Source of the DNA: Nageia nagi
Lineage: Eukaryota; Plantae; Pinophyta
DNA: 64,000 nucleotides
Direction: 5' to 3'
NCBI GenBank assembly: GCA_050084985.1
Contig: JBITNC010000001.1
Coordinates: 183,892,001 to 183,956,000, forward strand
In this document: piece by piece, positions 43,801-52,990 of the stretch
Layout: every line of letters begins with the position of its first letter
Position numbering within the stretch: the first letter of the stretch is position 1
Notes under the pieces: generated by a model
The model's database searches: none
What the model saw: only the letters and a program-made list of their open reading frames with translations
What the model was told of the DNA's origin: nothing
Position numbers and translations under genes: made by a program

Positions 43801-46800
43801 TGGTTTCTGCATGAATTGTGCCATCAGATTCACTGCAAAGGCAATATCTGACCTGGAAATAGTCAAATACAGAAGACTACCAATTAATTACCTGAAAGCT
43901 GTAGCATCAACCAACTGAGAGTTGAAGCTCAAAGAAACAGTGATTCCAGGAGAAACTGGGATTGCAGTATATCTACACTCCTCCATTCCAAACTTCTGCA
44001 AAATGTCTGACATATACTTAGATTGACTAAGATAAGTACAATCCTTGTATTGATACACTTGCATTCCAAGATAGTAGTGCAAGAGACCAAGATCAATCAT
44101 TTCAAACATTGCCTTAAGTTTGGATATGCACTCTTGAATGATTTCATCATTGTTCCCAGTAATCAAAAGATCATCCACATAAAGGAGAATCAAGACCACC
44201 TCTTTTTCTTGAGTGAGCACATATAAATCGGAGTCTGAAAAGCACTTGGAGAAACCAATGTCTTTTTTTCCATGCGCCAGGCTTGCCGGTCTCTCCAATT
44301 TGGGCGCATGCCAAGAAAAGTCATCATCTTGTCTTTTGGAGTGATGCACCAACCTTCTCTTGCCCAATTTGACTTGATTTTGAGGTTTTGAGTGCATCAC
44401 TTAGCCATTTTTGCCTTTGCATCAATTTGGACCTCTCATTAAGCTTGGCGCATGCCAGAAAAAATCACAATTTTGTCTTTTGAGCCCATGCGTTAGACTT
44501 GTTTGCCCGCTTGAACTTGGAACGTCAAAAAGTCACAATCTTGTCCTTGTGAGCCATGTGTTGGGTTGCCTAGGTGGACTTGAGTGCAATTTGATGTTTT
44601 CTCATGTGCCTTAGCCAAAATTTTCACTGAAATGTTTTCTTTCTAGCTCAAAACCCCAGCACAAGCTTCCTAGATGCCTTACTTCACCAAATTTCGCCAT
44701 GACCTCAACTTGTGCTCTTTTTGCTGACTGATGCATGCCTCAAAAAGACACAATTCTATCTTTTGGAGTGATGCACTGGGTCCCTAGGAGACCCAGTTTG
44801 ATTCTTCACCCTTCGAACTCCGCCATGATGGTCCTTCTAGTCTGGCACATGCCAAAAAAAGACACAATCTTGTTTTTTTTCCTCGTGCTCCAACTTCCTA
44901 GTGACTAGCCCTTGGTTGATTTGATCTCAAACTTGTCCCAAAAGGCTCTCCTCTCAGCGCATGCCAAAAAAAGACATATTCATGACTTTTGGAGTCATGC
45001 GATGGCCTCTTGGAGGCTTCTTTCCACCTTGTTTTGTTTCGAATGTCACCTGGGTTCCCTATTTTCACCTAACTCAACCTTCCAATTTTCAGACTTAAAC
45101 AAATTTGGACTTAGAATACCTTGGATAGGTCTCAATGAGGCATGACTCTTAGCTCACAACAGGATGATGAACATAACATCCAGGTAGACGAACTTCTAGG
45201 TTTAACATGATGATATTTGGACAAAGCGTTCAAGTCCCCACGATTTTTAGGTGTGTTGTGTTAGTCATAGCACTTTACTTTCTTTACATCAGCCAATTCA
45301 ACTTAATTCCAGTTGTTTCCACATCAGATTGGTTATGCATGCTAATTGATATATTACGCTAACAAGTGTTCATGCTGAAATAATATTAGTTGCAATTTTC
45401 ATATATTCTCCCTTCTTGATTCTTGTCAATGCATCAATCCAAGTCATACCTAAGTATCCAGATTGTTTACAATGTAATTTACTTTTTCCATTCTATTCAG
45501 TGGCTTTAATGGCTCCCAAATCTTGAGTATCACATTATTGCTCATCTTAGAAAGCTTTCCATTGTCTCAAATTTGTCTTTCCTCTGTGAACAGTTATTCT
45601 AACATGCATAAAAATCAATTTAGGTAACGATTGGTTGATGCTAGTGTTAACCAAAGTTCCAGATGATAAGCCACACTTACTAGCATGGACAATTTTGGTA
45701 GCAACCCTTTTGATGCCAAGGATCCTCCAAAAATGCTTCCATTGCAAAGCCTTTCCAAAATTGTTTTGGAAGCAAGGACTTATTACACAAATACCTTGCA
45801 ACATCCAACACCTCCAAAGCAATCTTATTATGCTGATGTCTGCAACATGCCTTTTTCAAACATTCATGACCATTTGCATTCTTCCCAATTTTCTTCTAAT
45901 CTAGGCTTTCATTGAGTTGGGTTTAAAGCCACTGGTGATCTTCATCAATTCCTAAAAATGTTCGGGACTTCCTTGATATCTGAGGTCAGTTTGGGCAACA
46001 CAAGCAGTCCAAGTGCAAATTTCAGAGGCTAAGCGAATGGAAACAAGTGGCTAGAAACAGTTAATTATCACTCACCACTGTTACTGACGGTCTATAATTC
46101 TTCCTTTCATGTTTATACAGAACATCACTGTTGCAACTTCTCTAAAAGTACAAAAAATCCCCTTTTTTTCTCTGCTCATAACATCCATCTCAGGCATGCA
46201 AGGATATTCTTGCCTCCATATTCTAACATTCCTGTCTGTTATGATCTGTCAAGGTGGGACCAGTATGTTGCCTTCTGGCATTCTACCTCTCTTAGTTTTT
46301 CATCTTCCATCACCACATTGTTGATATGTATGTATTTACACTCAAATGATGTTAGTATCATCGTCCTTTTATAATGTTTTGCTTTTCCAAAGACACTTCT
46401 ATGATGTGGTTTTGTGCATTTCATCAAATCGAATCCCAACATTTCTTAACATATTTCCTTCACCTCACTAGGCATTATTTACTCTTTTCTTCAGATTAAA
46501 CTCTAACCTTTACCCAGACTATCAATGCAGTTCCTCTTCTTGTTGAAAAACTCCTACCCATTTAGTATACTGGTCCTTCTAACATGTCTTTGTAGTTTTA
46601 TGAGCTATTCCAAACTTCTTTTCTCACTCTTCTCCATTTAATACTTCATCTTTCTTCAACAATAAAAATTCAACTGCATCTACAGATCACTTTTTGTAAT
46701 CCTTCACTTTGAAATTATCAATGTCATGTTGGTCTTACTTCACCAGTAAAAAGTTAGTTACAACTACTCAATACAGACTTCTTTGCATGTTGTATTGTCC

Positions 46801-49800
46801 TTGACTTCAATTTCTTTATTTCACATCTTTCTTTTTCTGCATCATAGCTTTAGTCTCAGTGAGTCTTCAAAAGACTTTCCAAGTCTGAAACTGAGTCAGC
46901 TGACTAGATTCTCAAGTCTTTGGAAAGACTCCTCAAAGTTTTGCAAGTCTGACAAGTTTAGCAAGCTCGACGAGTCTAAAACCTAATTTCAACAAGTCTA
47001 TATCGGTCATAAAACCTAAGGAAGAAAACATAAACACTATTGAAAAAACTACATCTCCATGCAGTTTTAATTAACTTTTTCAGCCACCCTCTATAATGCT
47101 CATTTGGTTAATGCCGTATGCTTATGATGCGAATATATTGACTAATATAGAAGAACAAAAAAGCATTTTTTGCGAAAATGTGTTAAAGCATACAATTTTG
47201 CAACTGTCAAGTTCTTGCTCCAAGTCTGAATTAAAGTCAAAAATGGGCCTGCCTAGTCCAATCTCCATGCAATGGCCTTTATTGTTTTATTTCAGCCTTC
47301 CCTTTCTTTTATATTTGCAATCCAATTTGGTTATGGTTGCTTCAGTGGTGTCAAGCTTTTGATCTTTTTTCTCTGCTCTTCAGGGCCTCCTTTGGGTTTT
47401 CTTTAGTGCATATGCAGATGGACAAGCGAGTTCCCTTCCATCATCTAGAGCCCCTCAACCACTTTTCTCGAATCTGACTTCAACATTTTTTCTTCTATTG
47501 GTGAGCACGATCACATATACTTGAGGCCCAATGCTCAGTAGTAAGCATTTTGGGTGAAAATTGAACTAACATGCATGATCTATTAAATTCTGAATCAAAG
47601 TGGGTACAAAACAGAAGGAATTTAAAATAATATTTGATGGTATCTTTCAAACAAAATTATCCTGGGAATTTCCTATGCTAAGCATCCACATTCATCTCCC
47701 CAAGATCCCCACCTTTAGATTTAATCAGACACAATGGATGGTATACTAAACTAATCATAATAAGGCTGCTTCTCAATAGCGTTATTGTGTGGTCTTTTGT
47801 GTATGACCTTTCCATGAATCTTAAACCTTCACGCATCATTCTCTAAACAGCTTCCAATCTTCATCTCCAGCTATTGCTTGATCATTTGCAAGATATTTTT
47901 CAAGTATGTTTTGTAATTGCTTGCATTGGCAAACTCTCCAGACAAAGAAATCAAGAAGGGCATCAATGTTGAGCAGTTTTATATGAGATCACTTTTCAAC
48001 AAATTAAATTTGAACCCTTGTTTCTTCATCTGTCACAATAAACAAGAAGAGCAAGTATGACTCTATAGACCCAAAATTGAAACCTACAACAGCGTAGTTT
48101 ATCCACACTCGTACTGTATCTTATATCAAAACTATACCACAACAATATTGTGTATTGTCCCCGTTTTAATTTACTTTGTAATTATTGTTGTTTTTTTTGT
48201 GTTCTAAGTATCTTTGAGCATCATTGAAAGTATTTTAGCATATTATGTGGTTAAAATAAGAGTTTATAAGTGTGTTTTGACAAATTTGAATGTTGATACA
48301 TGGGTTAGTAAAGTTAATTTATGGTATTATGAAGGTTTTGGTGTCAAAAATAAAACTATAGTTTAAGTATTTGATAAAATAACATTTTGTAAGTTATTAT
48401 TATTATTTAATAGGTTTACATATTGTTAAAATCACTTAAGTATTAGAATTTAACATATGCTCAAATAGGTACTTTAAGTTATTTTGAGATATTAAGTCCC
48501 AAACCTTGGATCTTAACAAGATCAAGGGCTAAAAACAAGGGAGCATTTGAATTATGTTATGATAAAGAGATAATTTAATTTCAACCACTTATTTAGATCA
48601 AGCGACAAGATTAGATCTCACTTAGAGTTTTAAGATAAAACGGGAAAATAAGATTTCATTGTGGATGGTGAATTTGAAAAATTGGATTTGGAGAGCTTTG
48701 CTTCAAAGTTTTAGCAATTTTGCTAAAGATTATTCAGAGGTTCCCATTTGGATTCATTCATGTGGAGGCTTGAGGAGTGAAATTCAAAGGCTTTCTACGC
48801 AACTAAGAGGCAGATCTATTCAGGATTTGTATGCAATGCTTAATGATTGAGAATTTAACATTTAAGTAATATATTGAGTTGTGAAGAGGTTCGTTGGAAG
48901 GGTTTGAAGGTTCTATATGAGTTAGAAAGCAAAAAAACAAATCTAGACACACAAATGGTGAAACTTCAAACCTGGGGCTTTACCATTCTATTGTTTAACA
49001 GCTGAACTTCACAAAGTGAGAGACATTGATACATATTTTTGCAAGACAGAGATGCAGTGATGATAGTTCTAATCTAAAATCAAAGATATGCAATTCTAGG
49101 AGCTAAGACGAAGTGGTCTAGGAGAAAGTAATTTAGATCTGAAGGCTAGGATCTCATGTGTGCCCTAACATCACATTCTAAGGTAGCCAAAATCACGTTT
49201 TGAGAGTGTACATCAAGAGATCTGAGGTTCACTTGCACTCTTGAAGTTGTTGTAGTTGTTCATCCATCATTGTAAGATCTGTTTAGTGTTCAATAGACAA
49301 ACTGAGGTTTGTCTAGTCTTTTCTGAAGGTGTTTTTGATTACATAACATTGTAGTTTTTAGGTTTTTGTGAAATATTTGTAGTAGATGTTATTTATACTC
49401 AATGAGAAAACAATTAAAAAAATAAAAAATTAGATCTATTGTTGTTGTGTGTTTTGCATACTTACGTATTTTGTATTTGGTGCACTTCAAGTGGTATACT
49501 TGAAACCAAACCATATACAATGTACACAAACATTTAAAAGCACAACAATAGCAGATTTGATTTTTACTTTATTTTCATATCTTCTCAAATAGCACAAATT
49601 GCAACTACAACAAATACTTCACAATGAACCAAGTACTACAATGTTGTGTAAGCAAAACAAATTTATGATGCTAAATAAACCTCAAAATTGTCTTCAGAAC
49701 ACTAAACACATCTTACAAAGTTGGATGAGCAAATACAGCCTTTTCAAAAATGCAAACGAACCTCTTAGAGCTAGTTTTATAAGCAATAAAGCCAAATGTA

Positions 49801-52800
49801 CCAATTTCCACCATCAAAACAGAATTCTGAAAGTCTTAGACTGTGACGTCTGGGTGCACATGAGGTCTTTGGCCTTCAAAATCTGAGTTATTCACTCCTA
49901 AATCAGATGGATCAGCCCTAAGAGTGCAGATCTCCAACTTCAAGTTCAAAAACTATCACCAATGCAGCCTCTTTCTACATATTTGTATCAAAACAGTCCA
50001 ACGCTCCTCAAGATTTAGAAGTTCAAATGTTAAACGGTGGATTAGTGAAATCCCAAGTTTGATGTTTCACCCTATGAGTTCAGATCTGCAATTTTACTTC
50101 TTAACTCAGCCATGAACCTTCAAATCCTTCCAACGAACCTCTCCATAGCTCAATATATTACTCAAACACTGAATTCTAAATCATTAAGCAGTGCATGCAA
50201 ATCTTGAGTAGATCTACCTTTAAATTGGGTAGAAAGCCTTTGGATTTCACTCATCAAATCTCCACTAAATCCAAATGGGAACCCTTGAATAATCTTTAAC
50301 AGAATTGTTAAAGCTCTAGAGCAAAGCTCTCCAAATCCAATTTTCCAAATTTGCCATCCACAATAAATCTTAAAACTTTAAATGAGATATAATCTTGTCC
50401 TTTGATCTAAATGAATGGCTGAAATTAAATTATTTCTTTATCATAACATAACCTTAATGCTCCCTTGATCTTGTTAAGATCCAAGAGTTAAGACTTAATC
50501 TCTCAAAATAACTTAAAATACCTATTTCAGCACATGCTAAACTTTTATATTTAAATGATTTTAACAATATATGGACCCACTAAATAATAATAATAACTTA
50601 CAAAATGTCACTTTATCAAATGCCTATAATATAACTTTATTTTTTACATCAAAACTCTTCTAATACCATAATTAACTCTACTAACTCATACACCAACATT
50701 CAAATTTGTCAAAACACACTTATAAACCCCTATTTTAACCACAGAATATGCTAAAATATTCTCAATAATACCCAAAGATACTTGGAACACAAAAACAACA
50801 TTATTTACAAAGTAAATTAAAATAAGAACATTACATACTATACCTGTAATATACGTGCATAGATGTTACACAGAATACAATACAACTTTTTTCTCGAAGT
50901 AACAAAATACAGCAAAAGCAAATATCATGAAGGCATAAGTCCCTTGATTCCGACTCCCTCCCACCACTATCAGTAGTGGTACCATAGATTAGTAGCAGTA
51001 CCGGAGCTGATCTATTCCAATGACTTTTGTCTCCCCCTATCATTATTTAAGCTAGTGAATCAGAACGGTCCTATCCATACTCAACCAAAGGGTGGGTTTC
51101 TATACTTGACCTGTACTATATGTGCATGGATGTTACACAGAATACAACTTTGTTCTCGAACTAACAGAATACAGCAAAAGAAAATATAACGAAGACAAAT
51201 GATCAATCAGCAAAACAGTTATGCCCTACAATGAAATGATAGTCACATTTTGGAATCCAATTTTCATGATAATAAGGGTTTCAAACTAGACAAGGTCTTA
51301 TTTCTTTAGAACCCTTTCAGGTCATTTTGATGTCTCAAAGTTCCAGTGCATTATTATCGCAAATAGCTGCTACCTTGATTTTAATAAGCTGGGTTCTCAG
51401 AAGAACCAAATTTCTAAGATGATTGCAATGAAAAAGCAACACATCAACACCATGAAAGACCAAGGACCCAAGGAAGGAGCGTATTGAACAATACAACTTC
51501 TGTCAATTTACAAGCATGCATAATTCCTTGATACCATGTCTGTCCTTGCTCCGTTCAGCTGCAGCACTGTGCCGACGTCCGTATGGATAGGGCACATCTT
51601 TCAGGGCATAAAACTGAGTACGGCATAGATGGCGGACACTCCTATGCGGTACAGACTAATAAGACACTCCATAAACACCTATCCTATCTGTGTTGCATAG
51701 CACTACTTAACGCTTTCCATCGGGTGAAATCCCTACCCTTCACGAAAAATTCATTTGAGTTCGTAGTTGTTGGGATGTCCTATAATAAGAGAGGAGGATT
51801 TCAAGGAACGCCTGAAAACCTACCATACATAAAACATCATCAGAGAGCCTCTGAAACCCTGGTAACCCCTCTGCCTTTCCTCTGCTGAACATAAAGCAAA
51901 CTGAGGGATCCATGGCGACGAGCACTACTCGATTTGACAACCCTTCAAAACCTAGCTTGGTGGTCTCTCACTACATTCATTGTATACAAATCAAAACAAT
52001 ATAATTGTAAACCAAGCATTCGTTAGAAAGCAGAGAGAGCAGAAAGCTAACTCTACTCTACCTGTAAAAGTCAGAGTGTACAATAAACAACAATCCATGC
52101 ATTCATTAATTGATATCCTCCATTTGACGCAAAGGAGCAGATTTGATTTGATATACTTATTAGGAGGTGGGTTTGCCTTCCAAGCCTCAAGATCAGTTCA
52201 TACCGGATTGGCTCACTCGACACATGATTGTACACAGACACTATGTTCTACACCAGAGGTATAAATTTGTTCTAAAAGTCACAAGTTCTCTTGCTTTTGC
52301 AAGGGACCTCATTTATGCTAATAAGCATGCTGGTCAGGCTATAACCCTAAATTTGTACTTTACTCGTATAAAGAGAAATGGGATCTTGAACCTACATTAT
52401 TATCACAGGCATCTCTGAATGAAAATATTTCTCAGAACCCACAATGGCTATCCATAAAACGTTAAACATTAATCCTACTGCAACTGTAACTTAATATATT
52501 GTAGAAATATATTCTTCATTGCCATCAATGCATAAAATTTTATGGGCATCTGTGTGATTCATCAAATTGAAAAAAAAAGCCGAATTTTTCTAGCGTAAAA
52601 TTATATTAAATACCACGCATTGCTTAAAGCTTCTCTGTAAATTCTCCAATGCATTTATGTCCTCGGCGGAGATAAAAGGTTGTCCATCTAAAAAGCCAAA
52701 TATAAGATATTCATCAAAATACTGTAAATAAGCAAAAGCATAACAGAAAATTATTATGAATAGCAAAAAAGACCTGTTTGATCGATTTCAATATAAAGAG

Positions 52801-52990
52801 ATCTGAAATAAAGTTGACAGAGAGTACTCGGAAAATTAAAGAACTAGATGTTGAAAAAAATGCATATACCTGAGAATTTGGTCAGCCCTGCAATGTAGAT
52901 AACAGTTGCCAACAGACCAGTGACAATAGCTAGTATCATGCATAATTGAAGTATCTTCATCCTTTGCCTTCTTTTATATTTATCTCCCAT
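7670..52990 (-). CDS. SIA2: GT29 sialyltransferase-like protein (SIA2-type), 12 coding exons: 52870-52990 (52960 if 2nd ATG), 52614-52687, 12508-12594, 12257-12334, 12000-12100, 9168-9360, 8897-8987, 8729-8793, 8443-8597, 8215-8296, 7988-8097, 7670-7865; 450 aa (440 from 2nd ATG)
   Basis: Hand-spliced ORF is open with GT..AG at every intron. It has an N-terminal TM anchor ([26 protein letters not shown]), sialylmotif L ([33 protein letters not shown]), an S-like motif ([22 protein letters not shown]) and [27 protein letters not shown]. It is colinear with Arabidopsis SIA2 as I recall it. Confidence 0.95.
7988..8097 (-). CDS. SIA2: SIA2-like exon 11 ([36 protein letters not shown])
   Basis: TTGCAG| acceptor, GG|GTAAGA donor. 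Confidence 0.93.
8215..8296 (-). CDS. SIA2: SIA2-like exon 10 ([27 protein letters not shown])
   Basis: TTCCAG| acceptor, GGG|GTGGGT donor; ORF 8143..8355. Confidence 0.95.
8443..8597 (-). CDS. SIA2: SIA2-like exon 9 ([13 protein letters not shown]...[11 protein letters not shown]; sialylmotif S-like)
   Basis: TGCAG| acceptor, TG|GTAAAG donor. Confidence 0.95.
8729..8793 (-). CDS. SIA2: SIA2-like exon 8 ([21 protein letters not shown])
   Basis: TTGTAG| acceptor, AGG|GTAGGT donor. Confidence 0.93.
8897..8987 (-). CDS. SIA2: SIA2-like exon 7 ([30 protein letters not shown])
   Basis: CCAG| acceptor, G|GTAATG donor; ORF 8790..9008. Confidence 0.95.
9168..9360 (-). CDS. SIA2: SIA2-like exon 6 (sialylmotif L)
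   Basis: TTGCAG| acceptor, AAG|GTCAGT donor; ORF 9108..9344. Confidence 0.95.
9600..11750 (-). mobile_element. Degenerate Ty1/copia integrase-end/RT/RNaseH fragment in intron 5
   Basis: EKHKARLVA (~10925-10945), IHQMDVK (~10790-10810), RNase[25 protein letters not shown] (ORF 9759..9983). Confidence 0.85.
12000..12100 (-). CDS. SIA2: SIA2-like exon 5 ([33 protein letters not shown])
   Basis: CCAG| acceptor, CT|GTAAGT donor, 101 nt. Confidence 0.93.
12257..12334 (-). CDS. SIA2: SIA2-like exon 4 ([26 protein letters not shown])
   Basis: CCAG| acceptor, CAG|GTGAGC donor, 78 nt; seen in ORF 12230..12427. Confidence 0.93.
12508..12594 (-). CDS. SIA2: SIA2-like exon 3 ([29 protein letters not shown])
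   Basis: TTGCAG| acceptor, TGG|GTATGT donor, 87 nt. Confidence 0.93.
13176..13694 (+). repeat. 5' LTR of copia element
   Basis: TGTTA..CA followed by PBS; aligns to 25324-25344 + 28772-29268. Confidence 0.85.
13695..13706 (+). promoter_or_regulatory. Primer-binding site (tRNA-iMet type)
   Basis: TGGTATCAGAAC directly after the LTR; consensus TGGTATCAGAGC. Confidence 0.85.
14890..16260 (-). mobile_element. 5'-truncated LINE fragment (ORF2 C-terminus) inside the copia
   Basis: [40 protein letters not shown] (ORF 15126..15338), a LINE C-terminal CCHC-like region similar to the LINE at ~2900-3000. Confidence 0.65.
19438..20625. mobile_element. Non-autonomous hAT/MITE (1,188 bp) inserted in the LINE
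   Basis: Perfect 8-bp TSD GTCTAAAC (19430-37, 20626-33); TIR CTAAGTTG../..CTACTTAG; acidic EDEDDDD* transposase-tail-like remnant ~20268-20293. Confidence 0.85.
23678..23805. repeat. Perfect 64-bp tandem duplication
   Basis: TCTTGGATTTTGGTGTCTTGAAGGTGGACATTGGATTCATTATCTCGATTATATTATGAGATTG x2, no mismatch. Confidence 0.95.
25345..28771 (+). mobile_element. hAT DNA transposon (3,427 bp) inserted in the copia 3' LTR
   Basis: 8-bp TSD ATGTTGAT (25337-44)/ATGTCGAT (28772-79); imperfect termini TAGTGTT../..AACCTTG; contains a transposase. Confidence 0.9.
25936..28414 (+). pseudogene. hAT transposase pseudogene (BED finger, DUF659, dimerisation domain) with introns
   Basis: [14 protein letters not shown] (BED), [23 protein letters not shown] (DUF659), [28 protein letters not shown]; introns 27253-27371 and 27781-27878; frameshift ~26465, stops at ~27010 and ~27154. 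Confidence 0.9.
28772..29268 (+). repeat. Main part of copia 3' LTR (first 21 bp at 25324-25344)
   Basis: Colinear with 13190-13694 (e.g. ATCAGATGACAAAA..CTTAGGT, CATCTACAGTTGTTTG, TTGTCATATATTTTCTTTGTT). Confidence 0.88.
30085..30310. repeat. AGAGATGGTTGAGGATG motif array including a ~54-bp tandem pair
   Basis: Four copies of GAGATGGTT(G/A)AGGATG; 30204-30257 and 30258-30310 are near-identical. Confidence 0.85.
30380..31310 (+). mobile_element. Decayed retroelement gag-like remnant
   Basis: Frameshifted zinc knuckle CYRC-R-(K)WRHDRRHC at ~31057-31097 in purine-rich coding-like sequence. Confidence 0.4.
33584..33975. repeat. Diverged ~197-bp tandem duplication
   Basis: TCAACATTGAA.ATTAGTGAT..GTGTTGAA.AGAAACAAAAAATC..CATTTTCTTTCTATTGAA at 33584 and 33781. 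Confidence 0.85.
34105..34545. repeat. ~165-bp direct repeats (34105-34268, 34377-34545) with ~108-bp spacer
   Basis: ATATACTATATACAATATTT..AGCTGGGGTGT..GATTACTGCATTCACTATAG.AGCTTGTGATAGATTCA..CACCTTAGACT..CAAAACATACAAAG in both. Confidence 0.9.
38230..41412 (-). pseudogene. Decayed ~1,060-codon accessory ORF of unknown function
   Basis: Starts [18 protein letters not shown]; colinear pieces 40897..41334, 40564..40836, 39686..39883, 38963..39331; acidic middle and coiled-coil-like C-terminal part; no RT/IN/gag motifs seen. Confidence 0.7.
42023..44258 (-). mobile_element. 5'-truncated Ty1/copia (RT-RNaseH, PPT, 3' LTR 42023-42504)
   Basis: [59 protein letters not shown]; PPT AAGGGGGAG then TGTTGG at 42504. 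Confidence 0.9.
48151..50835. repeat. 2,685-bp palindrome: two ~1.34-kb LTR-like arms in inverted orientation meeting at TTCAAGT-GGTAT-ACTTGAA
   Basis: 48151-49489 is the diverged reverse complement of 49501-50835 along its full length; both start TGTA(T/A)TGT; flanks TATTG/TACTA. Confidence 0.93.
50840..51195. repeat. ~90-bp direct repeats (50843-50932, 51109-51194)
   Basis: ACCTGTA.TATA.GTGCAT.GATGTTACACAGAATACAA..TTCTCGAA.TAACA.AATACAGCAAAAG.AAATAT in both. Confidence 0.85.
52614..52687 (-). CDS. SIA2: SIA2-like exon 2 ([25 protein letters not shown])
   Basis: TTTTTAG| acceptor, GTG|GTATTT donor; frame joins exons 1 and 3. Confidence 0.9.
52870..52990 (-). CDS. SIA2: SIA2-like exon 1 ([40 protein letters not shown]; cytosolic tail + TM)
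   Basis: In-frame ATGs at 52990 and 52960; donor TCAG|GTATAT, phase 1. Confidence 0.9.

Larger units (their letters stand above)
37192..45207 (-). mobile_element. LTR-retrotransposon-derived unit (gypsy-like, no gag/pol) with large accessory ORF and internal subrepeats
   Basis: Minus-strand termini TGTTAAAC..GTCCTCA; LTR R/U5-like composition 37192-38200; long decayed ORF 41412-~38230; repeat motif GGCACATG(A)CCAAAAAA(A)GACA.AATCTTGT at 41800-45000. Confidence 0.55.
34560..46800 (-). mobile_element. Highly decayed L1-type LINE ORF2 remnant in two parts (~34560-37150 and ~45210-46800)
   Basis: zf-RVT-like FCKEMW (~34890), YLG motif (~45450), RT-like remnants 45600-45990; heavy decay, boundaries approximate. 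Confidence 0.4.
12595..52613 (-). other. 40,019-bp intron 2 of the SIA2-like gene, filled with nested TEs
   Basis: GT at 52612-13, AG at 12595-96; phase-0 join CV|SANG gives contiguous protein. Confidence 0.9.

Noticed and set aside
43888-44400. 170-aa ORF as a novel fusion protein
   Set aside because: Accidental read-through across a deletion junction into copia RT
47780-47990. Minus-strand peptide [27 protein letters not shown], possibly a transposase remnant
   Set aside because: Too short and interrupted by stops to assign
48151-50835. Assembly artefact (inverted read chimera) or miRNA precursor
   Set aside because: The arms differ by many substitutions and indels, so it is not a technical copy; the size and LTR/PBS hallmarks do not fit a MIR hairpin
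51600-51850. Intronic box C/D snoRNA (CTGATGA at ~51836-51842 on the minus strand)
   Set aside because: No suitably spaced D box with a terminal stem and no recognisable rRNA-complementary guide
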